Below, piece after piece: positions 41,101-49,845 of a DNA stretch of 64,000 nucleotides. The DNA is from Octopus bimaculoides (lineage: Eukaryota), in the NCBI RefSeq assembly GCF_001194135.2, contig NC_068997.1:46286698-46350697 (forward strand). The letters run 5' to 3'. Position 1 is the first letter of the stretch, and the number at the start of each line of letters is the position of its first letter. Made by a program: the position numbers and the translations under genes. Below the pieces are notes generated by a model. It was not told the DNA's origin. It worked only from the letters and a program-made list of their open reading frames with translations, and did no database searches.

Positions 41101-43535
41101 AGCTCTCAGACTAGTCTAACTAGGACTAATTTGGCTAAGGTGCCTTTTTTGTTATGAGGAAAATGTAGCTATCCTTTCTAGCAAGTTGAACAACTGTATA
41201 GTCTTCCCTCTTGGCTTGGAGACTACTTAGAGGGCTCCTCCTCGGCTTGAGGGCCCAGTACTGTTCTCCATCTTGCATCTTCAGATAAATGTAAATGCTG
41301 TTGGGTATGTGCATAGCATGCAACAGCCATTGGTGTGTGCATTACATGCTACAATTCTTGGATGTGCATTTGCAATCAGTGGTGTTGAATATATGCATTG
41401 TTGGGATATAATCCTGTCTTGTATAGAACTGTTTAAATTCCTAATATTACTAGGTTTACACTAACAGACCATGGCTTCTCAGCATCCTAACCTGTCATAA
41501 CTTTGTGGATCCCTACATTTTTTATGGTAGGGAGCATTGCAGTGTGTTTGTTCTCTTACAAATTCTTTGTTGTTCTTTTTTTACTTTCAGAAACTTGCTC
41601 TCGGCATAACCTCCTTGTCTGCTCTTGGACCTGTTGGGGCTGTTTTGGAAATCATCCTTATCCTGTATCCTTTAAAAATATGATCTGGTGTTCAGTTTGT
41701 GTGTGTGTGTGTGTGTGTGTGAACTGGTGGTCTTAGTCCTTATGTGTGTCCACATCACTTGTTTGACTATATTGCAGTGTATATTGTATGTATTTATTTG
41801 TTTACATTTGTATGTAGGTGCTTTACATGTGTGTGTTTTGTGTTTGTGCGTTTTGTGTGTGTGTGTGTGTGTATATAGATAGGAATATCTGAAATTAAAT
41901 CCAACATTTCTTTTTTACATATAAAGGTGCAGACATGGCTGTGTGGTATGAAGTTTGCTTCCTGACCACATGGTTTTGGGTTCATGTATGTTCATGTGTG
42001 CATGCTTTTTATATAATATCTAATGCACCAGCTATATTACAACTGCTTTGATCTATATGTTATATTCAGACCTTAACTTTTTCGCCCCTCAGTTACTTAA
42101 TGTGTGCTTCCCTGGTGGGTTTCTACAGTCTTCCTGTGTTTTGTCACCTCACTCCTCGAATTGATGACACCACAATGATTCTCATCATAGCCAACTGTAT
42201 TGTCATCCTTGTACTCAGCTCTGCCTTGCCTGTATTACTAAAGACATTAGGTAACTAAGAAACACTTTTTTGTTTTCATTCTACCTATCTCTAAATGCTG
42301 TTGTTTAATTTTCAGGCCAGCTATGATGAAACGTACCCCTTCAGCCTTACCCAAAATCTACAGTCATAACCTACTCTTCTCTACCTTCCTATCCAATGCA
42401 CATTTATCATCCATCACCAACTCCTCAACCCTTGTTCTTCTTTATATTTGCTCCTTAGCATAATTCAAAACTCAAACTTTCCATTGTAGTACTGTAAATC
42501 CTTGAGTATAGTCTGCCCTTGAGTATAATATGCAGGGGATTTTTAGGGGACTGTATCTCTGAAAAACCTAAACCTTGTGTATAATACGCACCCCTTCTCT
42601 AACTTGAGTCAAGGAGGTCTATATAACGTCCTTGGTTTGTAAACGTATATACGGTAACATCCTTTATTATTATTGTATATATAACATAATGCAAACGTGT
42701 AGCTTTTTTGTGCACTTTGTTTGCAGAAAATAAAGAAATAACAGTAATAACATCAGTGAAAAATAAATATCAAGTAAATTGCCTTTACATATTTATCACT
42801 TAGGAAATTTTGCTTAGAAAATATTTTTCATTTTTAACCTCGTGTATAGTACACACTAGAAATTTTGACCTTTAAATTTTGGGGAAAAAAGTGCGGATTA
42901 TACTCGAGGATTTACGGTAGTTGAGATATCAGCCATGTCTATGACCATGAACTATCACTAATTTCGTAGTTTCATTGAACAGAAGTATAGCATTGATGGA
43001 AGCAGTCACAAGTCTCTCTGCTCTTAAGTGGCTGCATTCCTCTGTTTTGTCTGAAAAGTAGCGTCTTTGTTATCTTTGAAGGATGATTACATGAGTAAGT
43101 ATTTGCCACGGTATGTACTTATCAGTAGTGTTAGATAGATACTGCTACTAAACAAGTAGTTATGTTCTAAATGACAGTGTTAGGTTTAAGCTTTTGGTTT
43201 GTTATTTGTGGTGATATTTTCTGAAGCCATGTTTCTAAGTAAATTCACAACCGTTTAACCATTTTCCTGTTGTATTTTTTAAATTCTTTCTAGGCATCAC
43301 AAACTTTGATCTTCTCGGCAACTTTGGCAGCATGGAATGGCTGGGCAACTTCTACATCATCCTCACCTACAACATTGTGTTCGCTGTAGCAACAGCGCTA
43401 TGCCTTGTCAACAAATTCACCGCAACCATACGTCAAGAGATCTACGTCCGCCTGAAGATGGTGTTCAAGCGAGAGAGACGCTCTTATTCCTCACAACAGA
43501 TATTGAATGGTTCTCTGATGGGGAAAGAAGATTAG
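14184..43535 (+). CDS. LMBR1: LMBR1-family multi-pass membrane protein (LMBR1/LMBR1L/lilipod), 14 coding exons, 5'-partial
   Basis: Manual splicing gives one open frame of 1428 nt (475 aa + TAG) with family motifs [85 protein letters not shown]. All introns are GT-AG with matching phases. The N-terminal ~20 aa exon was not found. Confidence 0.97.
14440..14730. repeat. (CAT/AAT)n low-complexity tract with 72-bp higher-order duplication
   Basis: gtaattgttatcc recurs at 14581 and 14653. Confidence 0.85.
17571..18140 (+). mobile_element. SINE family A full copy (17571-17985) plus tandem second head (17991-18140)
   Basis: Both heads begin gtagctgtgtggtaagaagcttgcttctcaaccacatagtt. Confidence 0.92.
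18735..19065 (-). mobile_element. SINE family A, reverse
   Basis: Reverse tail (ggccatgctggg), (CA)n, reverse head (gtgggactgaacctggaaccatg). Confidence 0.85.
19068..19380 (+). mobile_element. Distinct tRNA-derived SINE (family C) with A-rich tail
   Basis: Box A/B-like head gcaatggcctagtggttag...ggttttgattccc; internal ctgcaatggactgatgtcccatccagc; ends aataaaaataaa. Confidence 0.75.
19534..19755. mobile_element. piggyBac-type MITE
   Basis: TTAA|CCCTTT....AAAGGG|TTAA with TTAA at 19530-33 and 19756-59. Related or partial elements at ~520-770, 1395-1605, 12000-12170, 13937-14152, 19990-20107, 24355-24551, 32103-32340, 37380-37606, 50158-50356. Confidence 0.85.
20560..20590 (+). CDS. LMBR1: LMBR1 exon 3, 31-nt small exon ([11 protein letters not shown])
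   Basis: ttcatttcatccaacag acceptor, TC|gtaagt donor; resembles DEDxxVxRIS family motif; phases fit both neighbours. Confidence 0.9.
22583..22722 (+). CDS. LMBR1: LMBR1 exon 4 ([19 protein letters not shown]...WLNSSLIH)
   Basis: ttcttccag acceptor, G|gtaagc donor, 140 nt; within ORF 22566..22823. Confidence 0.97.
23491..23594 (+). CDS. LMBR1: LMBR1 exon 5 ([35 protein letters not shown])
   Basis: ttttttgcag acceptor, AGG|gtcagt donor, 104 nt. Confidence 0.97.
23990..24215 (+). mobile_element. CR1-type LINE ORF2 3' end relic
   Basis: Frameshifted reading [16 protein letters not shown]..., [25 protein letters not shown], typical of CR1/L2 ORF2 C-termini. Confidence 0.7.
24355..24551. mobile_element. 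piggyBac-type MITE (second subfamily) in LMBR1 intron 5
   Basis: ttaatcctttagcatt ... ctaaagggttaa ends; similar to 13937-14152 and 32103-32340. Confidence 0.75.
24624..24750 (+). CDS. LMBR1: LMBR1 exon 6 ([13 protein letters not shown]...[19 protein letters not shown])
   Basis: catgtttcag acceptor, G|gtgagt donor, 127 nt. Confidence 0.96.
25115..25579 (-). repeat. Partial tandem repeat (338-bp period, ~127-bp duplicated part) with a hammerhead-like motif
   Basis: 25115-25242 closely matches 25453-25579; the intervening minus strand has CTGATGA..GAAAC..GTC. Confidence 0.85.
25278..25320 (-). ncRNA. Degenerate minimal type I hammerhead ribozyme motif
   Basis: Minus strand: TCCAGA-CTGATGA-C-GAG-CAAAGA-CTC-A-GAAAC-CT-GTC-TTTGGA. 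Stem I is 6 bp with one G.U; stem II is GAG/CTC with a C.A closing mismatch. Confidence 0.55.
25939..26165 (+). mobile_element. SINE/LINE 3' tail with (GAT)n end (RTE-like tail)
   Basis: gtaaaaagcaccc...ggcgttaggaagggcatccagc...aacccatgctagcatggaaagcggacgttaaacgac(aatgat)n; longer relative at ~59680-60140. Confidence 0.75.
28690..28885. repeat. (TGTC)n-derived ~24-bp minisatellite
   Basis: Repeated tctctgtgtctgtctgtctgtctt. Confidence 0.85.
29515..30270 (-). mobile_element. maT/DD37D-type Tc1/mariner transposase relic
   Basis: Broken frames read DRWLCAD..VP....[29 protein letters not shown] and [13 protein letters not shown]; contains stops and frameshifts. Confidence 0.8.
31255..31715 (+). 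mobile_element. SINE family B, two head-to-tail copies with (ATT)n tail
   Basis: ggcagaatc..agc...gagttcaaatt...ctttgcctttcatcc...gtagaaaggattattatt. Confidence 0.85.
34005..34410 (+). mobile_element. SINE family B, two head-to-tail copies
   Basis: Same consensus, copies separated by (ATT)n. Confidence 0.85.
35800..36085. repeat. Degenerate ~25-bp minisatellite (core cagcctataagcctggc)
   Basis: Core recurs near 35966, 35991, 36017, 36042, 36067; more divergent units upstream. Confidence 0.7.
36555..36623 (+). CDS. LMBR1: LMBR1 exon 7 ([22 protein letters not shown])
   Basis: atatttcag acceptor, T|gtgagt donor, 69 nt. Confidence 0.96.
37206..37270 (+). CDS. LMBR1: LMBR1 exon 8 ([22 protein letters not shown])
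   Basis: ttctcttctgcag acceptor, CAG|gtctgt donor, 65 nt. Confidence 0.96.
38123..38207 (+). CDS. LMBR1: LMBR1 exon 9 ([29 protein letters not shown])
   Basis: tttttttctccag acceptor, G|gtaagc donor, 85 nt. Confidence 0.92.
38869..38952 (+). CDS. LMBR1: LMBR1 exon 10 ([28 protein letters not shown])
   Basis: Donor G|gtaagt is clear. The acceptor ttcataaag was chosen as the first phase-1-compatible AG, about 27 nt after a CCCTAAT branch-like motif (38836-38842); the 5' boundary is less certain. Confidence 0.8.
39965..40041 (+). CDS. LMBR1: LMBR1 exon 11 ([25 protein letters not shown])
   Basis: atcgtttcag acceptor, ACA|gtaagt donor, 77 nt; RNLxYP motif. Confidence 0.95.
40623..40700 (+). 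CDS. LMBR1: LMBR1 exon 12 ([26 protein letters not shown])
   Basis: cttctgttgcag acceptor, AAA|gtaagt donor, 78 nt. Confidence 0.95.
41591..41664 (+). CDS. LMBR1: LMBR1 exon 13 ([25 protein letters not shown])
   Basis: ttactttcag acceptor; ends CT|gtatccttt (U12-type donor), 74 nt. Confidence 0.95.
41665..42092 (+). other. U12-type (minor spliceosome) GT-AG intron, 428 nt, phase 2
   Basis: 5' site GTATCCTTT at 41665-41673; branch motif CCTTAAC at 42071-42077, 13 nt before the AG at 42091-42092. Confidence 0.9.
42093..42250 (+). CDS. LMBR1: LMBR1 exon 14 ([14 protein letters not shown]...DDTTM...[13 protein letters not shown])
   Basis: cccctcag acceptor, G|gtaact donor, 158 nt open. Confidence 0.96.
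42490..42919. mobile_element. Tc2/pogo-like MITE with TA TSD
   Basis: TA|CTGTAAATCCTTGAGTATA ... TATACTCGAGGATTTACGG|TA inverted ends (span includes the TAs). Confidence 0.8.
43294..43535 (+). CDS. LMBR1: LMBR1 last coding exon ([20 protein letters not shown]...NGSLMGKED*)
   Basis: ttctttctag acceptor; ORF 43332..43535 in frame; TAG stop at 43533-43535. Confidence 0.93.
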
Positions 43536-43909
43536 TGAAGTTCATTCCCTTCTTCTCTGTACCCATGGAAATAGGGAAGTGGGGGCGAGGGTGGGGTGGT
43601 GGTTCTACTTTATCTTTTATTTAATTTTTTTTTTCCCCCATTTTATTAAGAAAGTTCATGAAGAAAAACAGAAATCCCAAACTGAAATATGGACAGGAGT
43701 GAATCCTTTCTGCTGATAACCTCATTATTCTTCATTTCTCTGATATTCCCTGTCTAATCATTTTTATGGCAACCATCTAACAGTTTTTTGTATATATTTT
43801 TATTGTTATTTTTTTATGAGAATTTTTGTAATATTTGCTGCCTAAATGATGTAATTTAAGAAACAAAGTTTGTCTATATATGTGTGTATGTCTGTCTATC
43901 TCCTATCTT

Positions 43910-43929
<20 letters not shown>

Positions 43930-43940
<11 letters not shown>

Positions 43941-44312
43941 CATCATTGTGTTTATATATGTGTATATATATATATATATGCATATGCATATATATGTATA
44001 TATATATATATATATGCATATGCATATATATGTATATATATATATGCATATGCATATATATGTATATATATATATGCATATGCATATATATGTATATATA
44101 TATATGCATATGCATATATATGTATATGTATATATATATATGCATATGCATATATATGTATATGTATATATATNNNNNNNNNNATGCATATGCATATATA
44201 TGTATATGTATATATATATATATGCATATGCATATATATGTATATGTATATATATATATGCATATGCATGTATATGTATATGTATATATATATATGCATA
44301 TGCATATATATG

Positions 44313-44343
<31 letters not shown>

Positions 44344-44420
44344 GCATATGCATATATATGTATGTACATATATCCTCACACATATGTATATATATGTGTG
44401 TGTGTGTGTATATGTGCGTG
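43930..44420. repeat. Palindromic AT-rich minisatellite (~26-32 bp, core ATATGCATATGCATAT)
   Basis: Over ten units visible; 10-N gap at 44174-44183. Confidence 0.9.
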
Positions 44421-44464
44421 CATGTGTGTATGTATATATATTTATGTAATGTATATATATTATG

Positions 44465-44504
<40 letters not shown>

Positions 44505-46544
44505 ACAGTGGGTTTAACTAGTTTCCTATGTTTTAAGCATCAGAAAAACTATAATAGCGTTAGATACAGTGATTAAGAAACAGGGAGTTCAGTCAATGCA
44601 TATTTTGGGCCGAGAAAGTAAAGGAGACAATTCGAAATCTCTTTGTATTATTAAGCTTGGTCAGCAGAGATATTGTTTCTGCAATATATTAGTGTGTATA
44701 TAAGTATCTTTGAGTGTGTGTGTGGTATGCTTTTGGAGAAAGAAAGAGAGAGGTGAAATGACTGCTTGTGATGCATTTCATTGTGTCTTTGGGATAGGAA
44801 GATGTGATTTTAATTTCCTCATATTCATCTGCTTTCTGGTGGTGGTGAGATTTGCCATCACTTTTTCTAGGAAAAAGTGTTTGTCTAAGATAATAGAAAG
44901 ATTCATCTCGTTATTTTTCCAATTAATGTGGTTTAAATCCAGAGCTGAGTTCTGTCAAATTGTGGAAATATTTATTGTAAGTGTGTGTGTGTGTGTGTCT
45001 CTTGTTGTTGTTGTTTAGCCCTGGTCAGCTCTAACTCAGCAGACCTATGATCAAAGGCATTCCAGCCATGACCATCCCTCTCTTCTCTCAGGTATATCAT
45101 ATCTAGGATTATATTTTTAAGATAGTAAGGTGTAATGTGAGGGAGATTTGGTTTCTATTTTATCTTTTCAAGCAACCACGTAGAGGTTATCACTTTGGGT
45201 TATGTATTGCCTGTGTGTTTGTGCTTGGAAAATGTAATTCTTAGCACCTTGACTCAAGATGACTGGAATAGATGAGAGATATTTTTGTATTTGGAAATAA
45301 TTCTTCTATATTTTAACATTGACAGCGCTGAAGCTTTTGGTCTAAAATATTGGTCTAATCNNNNNNNNNNNNNNNNNNNNNNNNNNNNNNNNNNNNNNNN
45401 NNNNNNNNNNNNNNNNNNNNNNNNNNNNNNNNNNNNNNNNNNNNNNNNNNNNNNNNNNNNNNNNNNNNNNNNNNNNNNNNNNNNNNNNNNNNNNNNNNNN
45501 NNNNNNNNNNNNNNNNNNNNNNNNNNNNNNNNNNNNNNNNNNNNNNNNNNNNNNNNNNCCACCATTCACCCTCTCTCTCTTTCCAAGAGCAGACATCCCC
45601 TCATGTTCTCTAACCCACTCTTGATATTGTTACCTCTCCACCCATCCAATACTACATACTGAAACATTAAAATAATAGTAGTTGTGCTACTACTACTACA
45701 GGTTCTATTAAGGTTGTAAACTGGCAGAACCGTTAACATGCTGGACAAAATGTTTATTGGCATTTCGTCCGTGTTTACGTTCTGAGTTCAAATTCCTCCA
45801 AGGTCGACTTTGCCTTTCATCCCTCCAGGTTCGATAAAATAAGTACCAGTCAAGCACTGGTATTGATGTGATTGACTAGCATGCCTACCCCCAATTTTAG
45901 CCCTTGTCCCTGTAGTAGAAAGGAGTAATAGGTTGTAGTAGTAGCAGCGTCAGTGGTAATTATGCTAAAAACTACTGTAGTACCAACAGGAGGTTTTAAT
46001 AATAATAATAATAGTAGTAGTAGTAGTAGTGTCTGTGTTGTGAAACATGTATGATGGGTGTAGTATGCTATGTTTACTGCATTATACATGTGTGTTTGAG
46101 AGTTGTGGTTGTAGTATGTACTGTATCTATTTCTGCCTCTTCCCTCACCAACTGAAAACTTTTGGGGGACAATCGACCTATCTGTGTGTGTGTCTATATA
46201 TATGTGTGTGTGTGTGTGTCCGTCCTGATTATAAGTATATTTTTTTCATGTCATCATCATCCTGATGCAATTAAAAGATTGAGAATGAATCACACCTCTT
46301 GTATTGCAAACCTTTCCAGGTGCTGTTATGAAGTTCAATATGGCCTGGGGCCACCACTGGTCAAAACCTGTTTCAGTGAGGCAACCCACATGTTTGCATA
46401 TAAACAGAGATATAGGAAATGCTGCTGCTGCAGATTTAATCTAACAGTATTAGACTTTTATAAGAGTTTTACATGTGTGTATGTAGAAATACCCCTTCCT
46501 CTTTACATGAAATGTTCATTATGTATGTGTGAGTGGGTGTGTAT

Positions 46545-46992
46545 TCTTTCATTTGTTTCGGTCATTTGATTGTGGCCATGCTGGAGCACCACCTTTAGTT
46601 GAAAAAATTGAGCCCAGGACTTATTCTTTGTAAGTCTAGTACTTATTCTATTGTTCTCTTTTGCTGAACCACTAAGTTACAGAGACGTAAACACATCAAC
46701 ATTGGTTGTCAAGCGATGATGGGGGGACAAATACATAAACACACACACACAAAAATATATATGGTGGTTGTCTACTCCTTATGCAGAGTTTGACCATCTC
46801 CTGTACCTACACCTTAGATCCATCATGGCATCTGATGTGGCTTTTTAAACTAGACAATGTTCTGAAAAGACACCCACATAGATTGCACATAGCCCGAGGC
46901 TATAGTAGAAGACACTTTCCCAAGGTGCCACGCAGTGGGACTGAATCCGTAACCATGTGGTTGGTAAACAAGCTACTTACCACACAGCCACT
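46545..46992 (-). mobile_element. SINE family A, reverse
   Basis: Tail and head match the other family A copies. Confidence 0.88.
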
Positions 46993-49437
46993 CTTATATT
47001 TTATATATATAGTCAATTTATTGTGGAGTAGTTTCATAGTTTGTCTTCTCCTCCTTCATTATTAATCTGAGGTCAGTTGAATGACAATTGATAGGAATAC
47101 CTTGTGGTATTTACTTACGCCTACTTAGCTACTGAGTTCAAGCCCTGTCGACACTAGCTTTACCTTTCATCCTTCCAGGGTCAATAAAATAAATAGCAGT
47201 CGAATACTACAGGGGATAGAGTGGGAGACTATTAAATCAATTCACCCTCCCCTCTTTAGACATGTATATCATTCTCATGTAAGAAATCATCATCATTATT
47301 AAAGGTGACGAACTGGCAGACTCGTTAGCATGTTGGACAAAATACTTAGCATTTTGTCTGTCTTTGTTCTGAGTTCAAATTTTGGTGAGGCCGACTTTGC
47401 CTGTCATTCTTTTCGGGGTTGATAAAATAAGCAGCACTTGAGCTCTTGGGGGTTGATGTAATTGATTATGCCCCTCCCCACAAATTTCAGGCCTTGTCCT
47501 CATTTTAGAAAGAATTATTACTTTTCTAGTTTCTTACATTCTGGGTTCAAATCCTACGAAGTCAACATTACTTTCATTGCCTTGATTGGGATTTTCAGAA
47601 TTTAGTGTCCATGATTCCATTGAACTGGTTTTTGTCACTCATGATGTTAGATAATACTGTTGTTTGTGTTTTTAGACTTGTTGCTGTGCAACAAAACAAA
47701 ATGTCCTGTAACTCTTTGTATATTACTGAGTCAACAACCAAAATTTTGACTACTAAATATATTATGTAATTAGCCAATCAGTCTCATGGAAGCCATCCTC
47801 TGAATTGAAATGGCTATAGAATCACACTGCAGTTACAGACTTCAGTTCCTCTGCTTCAGTGCACTCGCACTCATACAAAAGACCAAACAAATTGTGATCT
47901 AAACTGTACATATTCAATTGGTATCTTGCAAATGCTTTCTAACATATCACACAGTGCTTAGCTATGCACATTTTCCTAAAGCTGAAGCAGGCATATCATT
48001 ATATAATCTGGCAGAGCACTGAGGCTGGTGTTTGTGGCACTAACAACCCACATGTAGCTATTTCATTTCATTTACAATGCTAAGCACTTTCGGTGGCAGC
48101 ATGAATATCACACCATTTTCATTCCCCACAAACTTGGATGTCTTGTGGCCAATGTAAGCCTGAGGCAAAACCTTACAGTATTAAGGAATTTTTGCAAAAC
48201 TTCCACTTCTTTGTTGCTTTTTTTTTTGTTTTTTTGTTTAAATGATTAGTTTTTCTTATTTACATTTGCTTTACTTTGTTGTCCTAAATGGTCTCACAGA
48301 CAAGTGAAATGTTTCCGTATCCTGGGACCGAATGAATTATGGACAACATGTGCTAACCTTTTGTTCTGAAGTATCTGTGCCTATAGACGTTTTATTATTG
48401 ACCATATTGGCTTCTGTTGTCAAAATTTATTTACTTGACTTTGTTCTATGCGAAGCAGTTTTTCTCCAGTTGTCATCTTCCTCCTCCCCCCCCCCTCATC
48501 ACCATGACCATTTTAATGTCTATATTATCCAGTTTCATGGGTCAGACAGGTGTTTATTAAAGCAGATTTTGTATGGCTGGATGTTCTTCCTGTTGCTAAC
48601 CCTTATCCTTTACCAAAAGCAAACTAATATTTCCTTGTGATCAGATATGTTTTTGCAGAATATTGGAAATGTCATACATACACTGCTTGTATGAGTGACT
48701 CATTTACAACTGTCACATGATGCCAAGATGATACAGATACACAATGGACTTTTTTCAGTTTACATCTGCCAAATCCACTCGCAAAGCTTTGGTTGGTCTG
48801 GGGCTATAGTAGAAGACAATTGCCCAAGATGCCATGCAATGGGATTCAACACAAAACCATATAATTGGAAAGCAAACTTCTTAACTACACAGCCATTCCT
48901 GCACCTTCAGTTGTGAAAACTTGAGTTGGTTTTATGCCAGGTAGTTTTCCTCCAGTCATCTCCCTTATTTCACACCTGTCCCAATTTCTCGTATTTCCTC
49001 TCCGACTAGTCTGCCGTTAATAGAGAGTCTACAATATCTCCAGTTACCAGTCAACAACTTAGCACTGTAGCTTCATTAAAATATCCATCCATCTTCAGTT
49101 TTTGTTATACTGTGTATAAATTAATATTCTAATGGGTTTATCACTACCAACATCTAACGTCCATCTTCACATTGTTGCTTGTTATTGCATTATTTCTTTT
49201 TGTGGTGGTTGTTTGTATGTTTTTTTTTTTTTTTAGAAAACATTTTTTTGTTACTTGGAATCAACAGCCACACAAAGTGTTGCTGTGTGTTTTTGGCCGG
49301 AAGATAATCCACTAGTGACTTTTTGGATTAACATCTCATTTTCCCCCCCAGTAATTTCTGATCAATTTATTGCAATTACTATGATTGTGATGTTAGAAAC
49401 AATTATTATTATCATTGTTTTTATTGTTATTGTTATT

Positions 49438-49845
49438 AAGGTGGTCATCTGGCAGAATCGTTAGTGCACCGGACAAGATACTTTATAGCATTTCTTCCAG
49501 TTTTTAACATTCTGAATTTAAATTCCACAGAGATTCACTTTGCCTTTCATCCTTTTAGGGTTGATAGAATAAGGACTAATTGAACACTGGGGCTGATGTA
49601 ATCACCTAGCCCTTTCTCCCCAAATTGGCAGAATCGTTAGTACACTGGGTGAAATGCTTACCAGCATTTCATTAGTCTTTATGTTCCGAGTTCAAATTCT
49701 GCTGAGGTTGACTTTTACCTTTCATCCTTTTGGGGTTGATAAAATAAGTACCAGTTGAGTAATGGGGTCAGTGTAATTGACTTATCCCCTCTCCCGAAAT
49801 TGCTGGCCTTGTGCCAAAATTTGAAACCATTATTATTATTATTAT
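49438..49845 (+). mobile_element. SINE family B, two head-to-tail copies
   Basis: Same consensus. Single copies at ~2488-2670(-), 45712-45925(+), 47303-47518(+), 54215-54400(-). Confidence 0.85.

Noticed and set aside
43870-44576. Long ORFs in several frames (up to 230 aa), also at 6211-6845, 11015-11447, 14379-14859, 28657-29177, 30438-31166
   Set aside because: Stop-free only because of microsatellites or N-runs; the translations are dipeptide repeats.
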